This document shows positions 36,536 to 46,839 of a stretch of DNA of 64,000 nt, in pieces. The notes under the pieces are model-generated. The model was not told the origin of the DNA and ran no database searches. It worked only from the letters and a program-made list of their open reading frames with translations. Numbering within the stretch: position 1 is the first letter of the stretch; every line of letters begins with the position of its first letter. The translations under genes and the position numbers were made by a program. Location: IMG/VR virus record IMGVR_UViG_3300049070_000180, positions 4,580 through 68,579 of that record; one strand, written 5' to 3'. The DNA comes from a virus.

Positions 36536-39289
36536 TCACACCACCCCTGCCATCCCTCGTGATGCGATCCCGACTGCTGATTGGCCGCGTGACGCGGTGG
36601 TGACCTCTGAACGTCCGTGCCCCTTCGGCGCCCCCACTTGGGCGTCCCACCCGACCACGTTCGCGGCAGCGAGTTCCGCTGAGATCAGCAGGGACACCAG
36701 TGCGTCCGCGAACCCTGAACTCGCCGATGCCGCCTCTGCGGCCGCGATAACCAACACGTCCGCGTCAGCGTCCAGAGCTGTTGCGGTGACAGCCGCTTCC
36801 GCGATCCGGGACGAGATGAGCGCGGTCAGATCGAGTGCTGTCGCCGTGACGCCGGCAGATTCCGCTGCCACGTTGGTGGCTGCCGTGGCGGACACCGTGG
36901 CGTTGTTCGCTGCCGCTGTGATCGAAACGGATTCGCTGGAAAGCAGCACTGCCATGGCCGGGTCGTGCGCCACCGCTCCAGCGAGAGCGTTCTCGGCCGA
37001 CGCTGTGCCGGGGCTGGATACCGAGACGGTCGCGTCGTTGGCCGTTGCTGTCACCGCAGAGTTTTCAGCCGGGGCGTTGGCCGAACTCGAAGTGCTGACC
37101 GTAGCGTCCTGACCCACGCCGGTGACAGGAGCCTCGGTGGTTGTGCTGGCAATCGAGCAGGCCGGATCCGTGGCAGTCGCCGCTACCGCTGCCGCCTCCG
37201 CAGTCGCGACGACCGCAGTGGTAATGGATGCATCGATGGCGGCCCCTGCCGCCGCCGAGTTTTCCGCTGTCCCTTGGATACCGACGATCGGGGCTTCAGC
37301 TGTCGCAGTTGCTGCGGCACTTTCGGCGATTGCGGAGCTTTGGGAAGCGGTGGAGATAGTGGCGTTGTTTGCTACGCCGGTCATGCCCACCGGCGAGTCA
37401 GCGTTCAGTTCGAGACTGACCGACCCACCGGTGGCGTCGAACAAAGCCTCCGCGAGAACGGTGATCGATTCGGCGCCGATCGCGATCCGCCCGGTCGCGT
37501 CCTGACTCGCCCCCGTAGCACTGGCGCATTCGGCAGTGACAAGGACGCCCACCACGACGGTCGGATCCTGCGCCGTTGCGGTAGCTGCGGCGTTTTCCGA
37601 ACTGGCGTTGATGGTCGCGGTCGGGTCGACTGCCGTCGCCGCGATGGCGCCTGCTTCCGCACCTGGTGCCGAGATTAGAGCGGCGTCCTGCGCTATGCCT
37701 GTTGCGGCGGCGTTCTCGGCGTTGACTGAGACGGGTGCGCCGCCAGTCGTGACCGTCGCGTCCTGCGCCGCCGCCACAATCGCCACGTTCTCGGCGGGTA
37801 CCCCGACGCCGACGCTGGGTGTCTCAGCCGTGCCAGCGAGGGCAACGTTTTCCGCGTTGACATCCGTGGCAACAACGGCTGCCGCCAGAACCAACGCCAC
37901 CTGAGCCCAGTCCCGGGACGTGATGGTCGGGTTCCACGTTTGTGCCGTGGTTCCCGATACCAACTTCGCGACGCCGTTGATGGTCTGGTTATTGGTGGCC
38001 GTACCCGAAGTGGTCGACAGTCGAGTTAATGTCACCCACGAACCATCAGTGGTGTCCGTGTCCTCGGTGTACGTGTCACCGGTCGGCCCCTCCACCGCCA
38101 GCGCCCCGTAGAACAGCTGGGCTGCCGCGGTAGGAGTCCGCGAGATCGATGGGGTGGTCGAAGTTCCGGTCGCTGTCGTGGCCGCCACCGCTACGGGTGT
38201 GGTGGCGTGGATGTTGGTCCACTCCTCCACCACGATGGCTTTCGCGGTGACGCTCACGTCGTAGGTGAAGGTGATGTCGTCGCCGTTACTCAGCGCTGAT
38301 GTGATCTTGGCGTAGGCGATGTAGCAGGTGGCGCCAGCGGATGCCGCGCCCGGGTCTATGTTCGCGGGTCCGGCCACGGTCCAGGTGTTGCTGCGCGGAT
38401 CGGACACTGACAGGGTTGGCGCCGCGCCCGACGCCCCGGCGTTGTCCAGCGCCACCCGGGCGATCAGATAGTTCCCGGTCGCGACCGAAGCGCCCGCCGC
38501 GATGTCCACGAGTGTGGTGGTGCCGGCCGTCAAATCCTGTGTCGATCCGCGATCCGCGATCTTGCGGATGTTGGTGGTGGTGATCGTGGCGTCTTGAGCA
38601 GCGGCGGTGACCGTTGCGCACTCGGCCGGGACTGTGCCGGCGGCGAGAGACTTAACCGCGATCGACAAAACGGCGTAGGGGATGGCGCTCGCTGCTGTCG
38701 CCGTACGCGTACCGGTAGCACCGGACGCCGTCAATGCCTCCCGTCCGCCGAGCACCGATTCACCGGTGATCTGAATGTCGTACTGCTGAACCCACGGTGA
38801 GCCCGGCACCGCGCTGAACGTGGACGTCGAGCCCCCACCGGACTGCCACGTGTTGATCAGCAGACTGTCCGAACCCGACGGTGGGATCGATGGGGCGACG
38901 AGGCTAGACGAAGCCGCGCCCGATCCGCCATCGGCGACATCGATGGGTGCGGATGTGTCCGCGTTCTGGATCACCCAGACGGCGGCGGACTTCTCTTCGT
39001 CGCCTTGCACGAAGTTGTGGGTGATGGTCTGCACTCCACCTGTGCTAACCACGGTCCAGTAGGCCTTGAGGTGACCCCCGTTGGTACCACCATCGGCGTT
39101 GGTGGTGACCGTCACCGCCGCCCAGCCACCGGGGCCACCGGTCGGAGCCGAAATATCCCCGTAGGTGTAGAAGTCATTGCCGGAGATGGCGATCAGCACA
39201 TCGTTCGTTGCCACCGCCGAGGAGGTAGTGACGACGACTGTGGTTCCGGTTCCAGTGTTCGTGGGGCACTCGCGAACAGTGGCGGCCAT
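36536..39289 (-). CDS. Large virion protein: two beta-sandwich domains + ~20 Ala-rich repeats
   Basis: Repeats of AE[NCS]xxxTxxAxD[AP]TV. Confidence 0.75.
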   Translation of the reverse strand: MAATVRECPTNTGTGTTVVVTTSSAVATNDVLIAISGNDFYTYGDISAPTGGPGGWAAVTVTTNADGGTNGGHLKAYWTVVSTGGVQTITHNFVQGDEEKSAAVWVIQNADTSAPIDVADGGSGAASSSLVAPSIPPSGSDSLLINTWQSGGGSTSTFSAVPGSPWVQQYDIQITGESVLGGREALTASGATGTRTATAASAIPYAVLSIAVKSLAAGTVPAECATVTAAAQDATITTTNIRKIADRGSTQDLTAGTTTLVDIAAGASVATGNYLIARVALDNAGASGAAPTLSVSDPRSNTWTVAGPANIDPGAASAGATCYIAYAKITSALSNGDDITFTYDVSVTAKAIVVEEWTNIHATTPVAVAATTATGTSTTPSISRTPTAAAQLFYGALAVEGPTGDTYTEDTDTTDGSWVTLTRLSTTSGTATNNQTINGVAKLVSGTTAQTWNPTITSRDWAQVALVLAAAVVATDVNAENVALAGTAETPSVGVGVPAENVAIVAAAQDATVTTGGAPVSVNAENAAATGIAQDAALISAPGAEAGAIAATAVDPTATINASSENAAATATAQDPTVVVGVLVTAECASATGASQDATGRIAIGAESITVLAEALFDATGGSVSLELNADSPVGMTGVANNATISTASQSSAIAESAAATATAEAPIVGIQGTAENSAAAGAAIDASITTAVVATAEAAAVAATATDPACSIASTTTEAPVTGVGQDATVSTSSSANAPAENSAVTATANDATVSVSSPGTASAENALAGAVAHDPAMAVLLSSESVSITAAANNATVSATAATNVAAESAGVTATALDLTALISSRIAEAAVTATALDADADVLVIAAAEAASASSGFADALVSLLISAELAAANVVGWDAQVGAPKGHGRSEVTTASRGQSAVGIASRGMAGVV

Positions 39290-39303
39290 CCGACCAAACC
39301 CCC

Positions 39304-40152
39304 CTATGACGGAGAAGTGATCAGCGAACCGTCGCCGCGGTGATTGTTCGTGAAGGTTGTGATCATCCCCGCCGATTCCTGGTGAACCTCAGCCGCCTGA
39401 GTACCGGTCAGTGTCCCGAAATCATTGTTCGTCACCGTTGCGTTCGACGCGCCCGGCGATGGGGTTGTCTCAAACCGCAGGAAGTAATCCCCACCCCACA
39501 TGAAGTTGTTGTTGAACACCGAGTTCGGACCATTCGATGTGGCGCACCCCGACTCGTGGATTCCACGAACGTCGATGTAGCAGTGTTCGACGATGAGCCC
39601 GTTGTCGCTGTACGACTGGATGCCGTCGACGTGCGCGTCTACTCGGTGCAGCAGGTCATGGATGTAGCACTGGGAGATCTTGCTGGCCCCAGATAGACCG
39701 ATGCCATCCTCACTACCGGATAGATCGCAACGGGTCGCGAACACCCTGCCGGCACCCGAACCAGTGCCCAGCGCCAACTGGGAGCCATTACCACCGAAGA
39801 CCGTAGAGTCCGTCACGGTCAGGTCGCCGAATTCGGTATAAAGTGCGTAAAGCACGTTCACGTCATTAGGAGCATCGATTCGACCGTTAACGAACGTGAG
39901 GTTCGTGGCGCCACAGTAGACACCAGCGTTGATGCGATAGCCGTCGAGCGTGACGTTGCTGACGTCGATGATCAGGTTGTTGCCTGTCCAGTGCGCCGCG
40001 CCACCACCCAGCGGGCCCGTCAAAGTGTCACCCGGGTTCACGACCGTCAGGGATGGGCTCCCGAGGAGACCGACATTGTTTGTTCCGGCTCGGACGCCGG
40101 CAGCGAGTACGGTCGAGTTGAAGTGGACTCGATTGGTGACGTTGATTGGCAC
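39304..40152 (-). CDS. Beta-helix protein (putative receptor-binding protein or depolymerase)
   Basis: EDG...CYIHDL....HVDGIQ...EH...NN.M.GG.Y. Confidence 0.7.
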   Translation of the reverse strand: MPINVTNRVHFNSTVLAAGVRAGTNNVGLLGSPSLTVVNPGDTLTGPLGGGAAHWTGNNLIIDVSNVTLDGYRINAGVYCGATNLTFVNGRIDAPNDVNVLYALYTEFGDLTVTDSTVFGGNGSQLALGTGSGAGRVFATRCDLSGSEDGIGLSGASKISQCYIHDLLHRVDAHVDGIQSYSDNGLIVEHCYIDVRGIHESGCATSNGPNSVFNNNFMWGGDYFLRFETTPSPGASNATVTNNDFGTLTGTQAAEVHQESAGMITTFTNNHRGDGSLITSPS

Positions 40153-40196
40153 ACGTCACCCCGTTCGGATTACATCTCCTGTTGTAACTACGCAGG

Positions 40197-40685
40197 TCAG
40201 AGCGTGATCCTCCAGATACCGTTAGCGTGCCAAACGACCGTTAGCGTACCCGCGGTTACGCTGTTGGTTCCGCCAAAGTAGTTGTAACAAATCCCTTGAT
40301 CCGCCACCGGTGTGGTGAGGGTGTCGTCGTACACGATGCACCCGTACACATTGGACAAGGTGGCGGCTGAGCCTGATGCGGTGTCGGCGGCGTCGTAGAA
40401 CACCACATCCGCCGTTCCCGAGTTCAGCGATGTGGACGCGAGCGCCACACCGCCCTGCGCCCACTGGCCAGCCTGATACACCTGGCTGGAACCAGTGCCG
40501 CCGCCAGTGGTCACCCATACCCCGGCGCCGTACGCCGAGTTCGCGGAGGTGACGTCGTTGTCCGGGGTAATGCCGTTGTCGTACAGCGCGACCTTCGGAA
40601 CATCGGAACCGAGGTCCACCGCCGTGGTGTTGTCGAAGACATCCGCCACGAGTGGCCGGAACATCTTGCTGTTGGTCCACGCCAT
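40197..40685 (-). CDS. Small virion beta-protein (putative fibre subunit)
   Basis: DL.SD..KVALY...GG.AL...YDAAD...Y..FGG...GTLTV.W.ANGI. Confidence 0.65.
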   Translation of the reverse strand: MAWTNSKMFRPLVADVFDNTTAVDLGSDVPKVALYDNGITPDNDVTSANSAYGAGVWVTTGGGTGSSQVYQAGQWAQGGVALASTSLNSGTADVVFYDAADTASGSAATLSNVYGCIVYDDTLTTPVADQGICYNYFGGTNSVTAGTLTVVWHANGIWRITL

Positions 40686-40688
40686 GGA

Positions 40689-41589
40689 TCAGCCCTCCAC
40701 CTTCGATGCCGCATCGGCTGCGCGGTCTTCCGCTTCCATTGCTGATGCCCGAGCCTCATCAAGATCCGCGCGTGCCGCCGCGACCAGCCCTTCGTACTTC
40801 TCGACCTTCGCCGCAGCACCTTCAACGGCACGATGCGCGGCATCCGCTACTCGCCGTTCGTAATCGGCGGCGGCGCGGAGGAAGTCGATTGCCCGCTGAT
40901 CCGTCATCACAGTTGGCTCGAGGGCGCCACCCTCAGCTCCCGCTGATTTGGCCATGATCTTCTACTCCCCTTTCGGCGATGGCTGCTGGCGCGAGGATCG
41001 CGCAATCCCGACCGTCGTCCCGGGTGGTGACCACGGCCATTACCGGGCGGCCTTCTCCATTGGTTTGGACGTGCTCCTGGCCCACGTAATCCCCGCGCTC
41101 CACTGCTTCGACTTTGCAGCGGGTCCCATCCGGAACCAGTGGCGCCATCAAGCCCACCAACCCTCGACACTGATGCATCGGGATCCTGTCGTCGCGTGTG
41201 ATTGCGTTGGACTCGCAGTTCGGGCAGGTCCAGTGCTTCTCGAGCAGAGGGACCACTTAGGAATCGGCCTTGCTGGTCGCCTTGTCGATCTCCTGCTGAA
41301 GTCGCTCGACGCTCCAGCGACCGTCCACCTTCACGCCCAAATCAGCGGCGGCCTGCCGCAGTAGGTCCAGTTCGGTGGGTGCGACACTCCGCTTCGTCCC
41401 GGGGTCGGCCGTGGCCGTCTCGGTCACCGGAACGGATCGTGCCGCCGCCTCCTCGACTGGCTCCATGAGGTGCAGCCAATTCTTGCGATATGCCTCGTGA
41501 CCCTCGGACACCAAGTCGCCAGCGCTCATCACACGCGGAACGCCCTTGGAATCCGTGAACGCGAACGGCTCCTTGACGCGATGGATCAT
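40689..41589 (-). CDS. Three small head-region genes (40689-40955, 40933-41256, 41257-41589)
   Basis: Coupled ORFs; the last has an LGVKVDGRWS..RL (HeH/LEM-like) tail. Confidence 0.6.
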
Positions 41590-41659
41590 GAAAAGCTCCC
41601 TTGGAATGAGTTACCGGCTGGAACCCCGGATGCGGTGAACACCCGGGATCCCAGGTCGG

Positions 41660-42073
41660 TCAGGATCGGGCGACCGGCGAGGAACTCGCCCCGCCAAGCA
41701 CGGCAACGCCTCCGAACACGCCGCCAGTGGTGGCACCCGACGTCACGGCAACCAGCCGCACGAATTGCTTCGTGCCCGGGACATACCCGAACTCGAAGAT
41801 GGCGTCATCACTGGTCGACGTGAGCGTCGGCGTACTGCCCTGGATGGATGCGGTGTCCGCAGCGCCCCACGACGAACCGTCCACACTGTCCTGAACGCTG
41901 ATCGCGTGGGATCCGTCTGTGACTGTGCCCGACTGCACCACGAACAGGACCGTGCGGAAGTCGTTGCCGAAGACGCCGAGGTCCACGGTGGTTCCGTTGA
42001 CCGTCCCGTTGGTCCGGACTGCCTGTGTAAGCGCGGCTCGAACCAACGAGTGGGTGTAGAGCGTGGAGCGCAT
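41660..42073 (-). CDS. Capsid-associated/decoration protein
   Basis: NGT.VDL...VQDS.DGS.W...K.FVRLV jelly-roll pattern; follows the capsid gene. Confidence 0.6.
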   Translation of the reverse strand: MRSTLYTHSLVRAALTQAVRTNGTVNGTTVDLGVFGNDFRTVLFVVQSGTVTDGSHAISVQDSVDGSSWGAADTASIQGSTPTLTSTSDDAIFEFGYVPGTKQFVRLVAVTSGATTGGVFGGVAVLGGASSSPVARS

Positions 42074-42076
42074 CTG

Positions 42077-42670
42077 TCACTCCTCCTGCGTGGCCAGACG
42101 CATTCTGACCTCGTCCGGGTAGTTGGCAATGACGAACTCGACGAGGTCCTCGACCCTTTGTCCAGCCAGCTGCGGCTTGACCCACAACTCGAGGTTCGCG
42201 ATGCGGTTATCGTCTCGTCTGCCGTTCTTGTGGTGCGGTGTTTCGAACGGCCTCAGAGTCCGACCGAGGTGGTACTCCATGACTAGCCGGTGTTCGGCAT
42301 ACTGCCTGTGGTTGAGCGACCGGTAGCGGTAACCGGCCCGCGACTGCGTTCCGCCGGGCGCGCCCTCGGCCGCCTGCCGCCGCAAGTCTTCCATGGACCG
42401 CAGGCGCCGCCTCGGGGCGAGGCCGAGCGGGTCACCATGGTTGCGCCAGCGCTGATAGTGCGCCGGGCAATACCCCCTCGCCTGAATCGGCTTCCCGCAG
42501 CCCCGGGTGCGGCAGCGTTCGTCGCCATATGACGGTGAACGCTGCCGCACCTCGGCTTCGGGATCTCCGTATCGCTGCCAACGGGTGTAATGCTTAACGC
42601 ACCATCCGCGTGCCGCTTCCAGACCTTCGCAGCCTTCAATCGAGCACGACTCAGTTCCTCTTCGTCCCAT
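42077..42670 (-). CDS. Free-standing HNH homing endonuclease
   Basis: Two CxxxGC...ARG.C..HY.RW...GDP repeats; EHRLVM...HHKNG.RDDNR..NLELW. Confidence 0.88.
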   Translation of the reverse strand: MGRRGTESCSIEGCEGLEAARGWCVKHYTRWQRYGDPEAEVRQRSPSYGDERCRTRGCGKPIQARGYCPAHYQRWRNHGDPLGLAPRRRLRSMEDLRRQAAEGAPGGTQSRAGYRYRSLNHRQYAEHRLVMEYHLGRTLRPFETPHHKNGRRDDNRIANLELWVKPQLAGQRVEDLVEFVIANYPDEVRMRLATQEE

Positions 42671-42715
42671 TCCACAAGTTTAGCTAGCGGAATTGGCGTA
42701 ATCATCAAGAACTGC

Positions 42716-44245
42716 TTACGCCGCGCTGGCGACATCCAACATGCGAAAAGCGCCATCATGCACAGAATCTGCCCCAACGCGGTAGTAGGCGTACCAGCCG
42801 CGCTGGCCCGACGGGCGGTTGCTCGTCGTGTGGAACAGGTGCGGAATGAACTCCACCGTCATGCCGATCCGGTCGGCGATCACGTAGTGCGCGAAGTCGC
42901 CGAAGATCAGGATGAAGTTCGACACGGCGCCGGACGTGGTGACGGTGCCGTCCATGCCCTCGGCCTCGAGCGCCGAGCGGCCGAGCAACTGCGGGGGGCG
43001 GCCGTCGTTGAGGTTGGTCCAGAACCCGCCGCCACCGGAGGTGTCGAACTGCCGGATCTTGTTGTAGATCAGGTTGTTCGCCAACCATGCGGCATTCGCG
43101 CGGTGCCGGGCCGGAAGGGCGCCCTGGATGGTGTACACGTCAGCCAGCGCGAACACATCGTCCGTCGCCGCGTTGATCTCCGAAGAGGTCCCCGTGAGGG
43201 CGGTGACGATGCCCGTTGGCTGACCCGAACCGGTGCCGGTCACAAAGGCGACTGCCTCCAAGTCCCGGCGACCCTCGGCGAGCAGCATCCCAACTTCCTG
43301 GGTGACGTTCGCGGCGTCCTCCATGGCCTCAATGGAGATCGGCACGAACCCCGCCGCCTTGTAGATCGGGACAGTGGGCTGCGCCAGGGTCGGGGCGTCA
43401 TCGGACACCTCCGCACCTTCAGCGTCCCACGACCACGACACCGCTCCCGCGGACACACCGTTCCACACGTCACCAGTCGCCACGACCTGCCGTGCAACCG
43501 AACGGATGTCGTTGCGGGAACCAGCCGAAGTGACGATCACGGTCGGGTCCAACTGGAACGGCACGAGGTATCCGCCGGCCGAGTCGGTCAGCGACATGGC
43601 GCGGACCTGGTCGAGCGCCCTGGCCTCGTCCGCCGTGAGGGCGTGCTGCCGGTTGGTGGCCATCTTCGACCACGCCCGCAGGTACGCCGGCGAAGAAGCC
43701 GCGAGAACGGTCTTGGCGATCGTGGCGTCGCCGTCGTCGAACCGCTCGAGAATGTTTGTGCCGGCTTCACGAATCTTGTCCGTCGCGGCAGGCATCTTCT
43801 CGATCGCGCACAGCGCGCGGGCGGTGAGTTCGGCGTTGACTTCCTCGCGGGAGCGACCGAACGCCCGAACCTCGGAGAGGTTCCACGGGTCGCGGAATCG
43901 GTGATCCTCGACCGAATCCGGTTCCAGGATGGCGTCCCGATCGTAGTCACCGGAGTCCCCGGTGACGACGTAGGCGCCACGCTCCAGCCGCATGTTCGAG
44001 GCGGACGCACCGTCCGCCGCCGACTTGATCACCGCGAGCTGCGCCTGGCGCTCCAGGAACTTGCGGTGCTTGTCGACCGAGACGAACTCCAGGCGGAGCT
44101 CGTCGAAGTACTTCTGGTCCTCACCGTTGAGCTCGTCGAGCTCGGCCAGCCGCTCGAGCTCGTCGGTGATCTCGCGCAGCCGGTTGATCGACTGCGAGTG
44201 AGTTAGGGCCGGTACTTTGTACTGGCCCTGATTTTCGTCCGCCAT
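42716..44245 (-). CDS. HK97-fold major capsid protein with delta domain
   Basis: GGYLVP...W.AEG...G.G..QPTGI...LLGR...FGDF..Y.I.DR. Confidence 0.95.
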   Translation of the reverse strand: MADENQGQYKVPALTHSQSINRLREITDELERLAELDELNGEDQKYFDELRLEFVSVDKHRKFLERQAQLAVIKSAADGASASNMRLERGAYVVTGDSGDYDRDAILEPDSVEDHRFRDPWNLSEVRAFGRSREEVNAELTARALCAIEKMPAATDKIREAGTNILERFDDGDATIAKTVLAASSPAYLRAWSKMATNRQHALTADEARALDQVRAMSLTDSAGGYLVPFQLDPTVIVTSAGSRNDIRSVARQVVATGDVWNGVSAGAVSWSWDAEGAEVSDDAPTLAQPTVPIYKAAGFVPISIEAMEDAANVTQEVGMLLAEGRRDLEAVAFVTGTGSGQPTGIVTALTGTSSEINAATDDVFALADVYTIQGALPARHRANAAWLANNLIYNKIRQFDTSGGGGFWTNLNDGRPPQLLGRSALEAEGMDGTVTTSGAVSNFILIFGDFAHYVIADRIGMTVEFIPHLFHTTSNRPSGQRGWYAYYRVGADSVHDGAFRMLDVASAA

Positions 44246-45129
44246 GGCGGGTCAGTTCCTTCCAGTGAGAGCAGGTGGCCGGCCGCGAAGTCGGCGAACT
44301 CCTTGGCGGGGTTCGACTTCACGCGGCGCGACGGGGCGGACGGGTGCTCTCCAGGCGAGGAACGGTCGACAACCGGCGCGTCCGATGCCTCGGACGGGTG
44401 GTCGGCGGGCGGGTCCTGGTTGGGGTGCGGCGCGTCTTCTTTCTCTTCGATCCGGTTGGCTGCGTCCACAAGGAACACAGCCCGCGCAAGATCACTGCGC
44501 GTCTCGGGGTCGGTCAATCGCCCAAGATCGATGACGATCGTCTTGGAGCGAACGCCGACGGCGGTCTCCTCGTAGGCTGGCCACACAACGGGCCCGACCT
44601 CGGGGACCTTGACCTCTTTCAGGGTTCGGCGCAGCGGCTCCCGGTCACCCGGGGCCCACAGCACCTCCCACACGTCTTCGGGTTTGATCAGCTTGCCGTC
44701 CTTGTCGCGCCACTCTTCCCGAACGACACTGAAGCGGAACGACATGCCCTCCACGCCCTCGTCGCGGATGGCGTCGCGGAACGGCTGCACCAGCCAGTTG
44801 TCCGTCAACCGGCCCATCACATGCAGGCCGTGACTGTCCTCTTCGGCCACATCCCAGCGGCCCAACGGCAGCGAGCCGAGCAATGGGTGGCGTCCGTGAT
44901 CGAACTGCATCTTGGGTGTGCGTTCCCGAAGAGACTTGCGGAATGCGCCGGGGGCGATGACCTCTTCGAAGTTCCCCTCCCACGAGTCGATCATCGTGAC
45001 CGCGTTGAACACCGCGCCGTAGCCCTCAATGGTGAGGCCGTCGCCCTCTTCGTCGTCGGCCCGAACCAGATCGAACGGCATCGAACGGCACAGGTCCTCC
45101 CGGGCCGGCATCTGCAGGGCTGTGGTCAT
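44203..45129 (-). CDS. HK97-type prohead protease
   Basis: EGYGAVFN...E.IAPGAF...FDHG...GMSFRF...EV..V.WPAY. Confidence 0.93.
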   Translation of the reverse strand: MTTALQMPAREDLCRSMPFDLVRADDEEGDGLTIEGYGAVFNAVTMIDSWEGNFEEVIAPGAFRKSLRERTPKMQFDHGRHPLLGSLPLGRWDVAEEDSHGLHVMGRLTDNWLVQPFRDAIRDEGVEGMSFRFSVVREEWRDKDGKLIKPEDVWEVLWAPGDREPLRRTLKEVKVPEVGPVVWPAYEETAVGVRSKTIVIDLGRLTDPETRSDLARAVFLVDAANRIEEKEDAPHPNQDPPADHPSEASDAPVVDRSSPGEHPSAPSRRVKSNPAKEFADFAAGHLLSLEGTDPPWRTKIRASTKYRP

Positions 45130-45141
45130 GACAGGTCACTC

Positions 45142-46605
45142 CTAGCCAACTCGGCGCTCGGTTTCAATCGCGGTTGTGATCACGGGAACCCAGCCTTGGC
45201 GGATCAAAGCGGCGATCGACTCGCGGTCCCGCACGATGACGGACTCGGAAGTGCCGGGCTTCTGCAGCTGGACCGAGAACAGACCCGTGTGGACCAGTAG
45301 TCGCCGGTCGTTGTTCTCTACGGCATCCACTGATGACTCCCAGGTGAACCCGGAGTCCAGATAGTTGCGGATGGTCTGCGACTGACGGAACGCGATGTCC
45401 GCAGCATCCTTCTCGTCCTCACGGAGGAACGGCACGTTCGACGCGTCGTAGGTCAACGCGATCTGCGCCGAGGCCCGGGGCTTCTCCAGCAGCGGCTCGA
45501 ATGAGCCGGAAACGTTCTGCCACAATGGATGCATGGTTCCGTCGGCGAATCGCCTGCGGGCCTGTCCGTAGTTTGAATATGTCGCTGACTCCAAACCCTT
45601 CGCCATGCCGGCGATCACCGGCGGCACGCCGCCGGCCATAGCGATCCGTGTCTCGGACACCGCCTGCAGATCGGTGAAAGTCATCTGCTCGAAGTTCGAC
45701 CCGACAACCGTGGCGTCCGCCCCGCCACCAAGGAATAGCGGCTTGAAAGCGTTGTCCGGTCCCACATGCTGTGCCTCGAACAGTTCCTTGAAGGGGAGGA
45801 ACTTATCCTTCGAGACTTCCTTGGGGACCTTCACGAGCATGTTCACGGTCGCGTTATTCTCGAAGAACTTCGACTGGTAGCGCAGCATCTGCTTGTCGTT
45901 GCGCAACTCCCTGATCACCGGGGTGAGCCACGACATGCCCCTCCACGCCGCCAAGGGATCCGGGTGGGGCGCGAAGTGCGCCACCTCCGATGGTAGGAAC
46001 GGCACCGGATCCGCGCCCGATTGGAACCCGCCCTCGGTGTAGAGGTAGCCCAGCTTCCGCCACCCGACACGACCACCGTTGATGATGCGCGGCGTGAGGA
46101 CGATCTCCGTCCAGTCCGGGCGCATCGACACCAGTTCTGGCTGGTCATCCCCACCCAACCGGGAAAGTGGGGTGTATCGGGTGGTGTAGGCGTTTCCCGC
46201 TAGGTCGGCGTACTGGATCGTCCTGTTCAGCAGATCCTGGGTCGTGCCGCCCAACCACGGGCGCTCCACCATTCCCAGATCCGGCGAGCCAAACATTCTG
46301 CTCGGCTTGCCGTCCTCGTAGGTCGTCCACCGAAACCGGATTGCCGAGAACACCAACTGCCGCACAGCCATCACCGCGAACACCGGGCCGTTCGCGGCAT
46401 ACGCGGCCTGTGCATATCCAACTAGGTCGTTGGTGATCCGCTCGCTCGGCGTCGAACCCATGGACTGCTCGTAACCACCCAGCGCGCCGCCCAACGGGTA
46501 GGTGCTCCCGTTGAACACGAACTGGTTGACCGCAGTGATGTAGTCGTCGATCGTCGTGATCGAGCGCGATGAGCGTGCGCCGCTGATCCGCTCCAGCAGC
46601 CCCAT
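45142..46605 (-). CDS. Portal protein
   Basis: LAGNAY...EV.HF...G.S...FF.N...IA.A.GVPP...ATYSN. Confidence 0.93.
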   Translation of the reverse strand: MGLLERISGARSSRSITTIDDYITAVNQFVFNGSTYPLGGALGGYEQSMGSTPSERITNDLVGYAQAAYAANGPVFAVMAVRQLVFSAIRFRWTTYEDGKPSRMFGSPDLGMVERPWLGGTTQDLLNRTIQYADLAGNAYTTRYTPLSRLGGDDQPELVSMRPDWTEIVLTPRIINGGRVGWRKLGYLYTEGGFQSGADPVPFLPSEVAHFAPHPDPLAAWRGMSWLTPVIRELRNDKQMLRYQSKFFENNATVNMLVKVPKEVSKDKFLPFKELFEAQHVGPDNAFKPLFLGGGADATVVGSNFEQMTFTDLQAVSETRIAMAGGVPPVIAGMAKGLESATYSNYGQARRRFADGTMHPLWQNVSGSFEPLLEKPRASAQIALTYDASNVPFLREDEKDAADIAFRQSQTIRNYLDSGFTWESSVDAVENNDRRLLVHTGLFSVQLQKPGTSESVIVRDRESIAALIRQGWVPVITTAIETERRVG

Positions 46606-46817
46606 CAGCCGGAAGCCTTACGAGCCTCACGGAAACCCTCGCGGACCGCTGCGAACGTCCACGTGCACACCAGCCACAACACCGTGAACGTCTTGCCAAT
46701 CAGCCAGCCCAGCCCGAACAAGACGGCGGCGATCGCCAGCAGCACCGTTTTCCAGAAGTGGACCTGCTTGGCTTCCGCACTCACCCGATCCACAAAGGCC
46801 CTGTCGATAGCTACCAC
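46605..46817 (-). CDS. Small membrane protein
   Basis: Hydrophobic ORF between terL and portal. Confidence 0.6.
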   Translation of the reverse strand: MVAIDRAFVDRVSAEAKQVHFWKTVLLAIAAVLFGLGWLIGKTFTVLWLVCTWTFAAVREGFREARKASG

Positions 46818-46839
46818 GCCACGGCCTCCTCGTAAGAAC

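Noticed and set aside
36630-37870. Periodic repeats as a CRISPR array or DGR
   Set aside because: The repeats are degenerate and only at protein level within an ORF; no cas or reverse transcriptase gene is seen
42077-42716. Group I intron in the capsid gene
   Set aside because: The capsid ends with a normal C-terminus and stop, and the flanks are too short for a ribozyme core
42590-44206. Long plus-strand ORFs opposite structural genes (also 21332-22699, 31750-33660, 44275-45300)
   Set aside because: Antisense shadows caused by high-GC codon bias
44203-44245. Protease-capsid fusion by frameshift
   Set aside because: The 43-nt overlap has no slippery site and the capsid has its own RBS and ATG; a simple C-terminal extension is more likely
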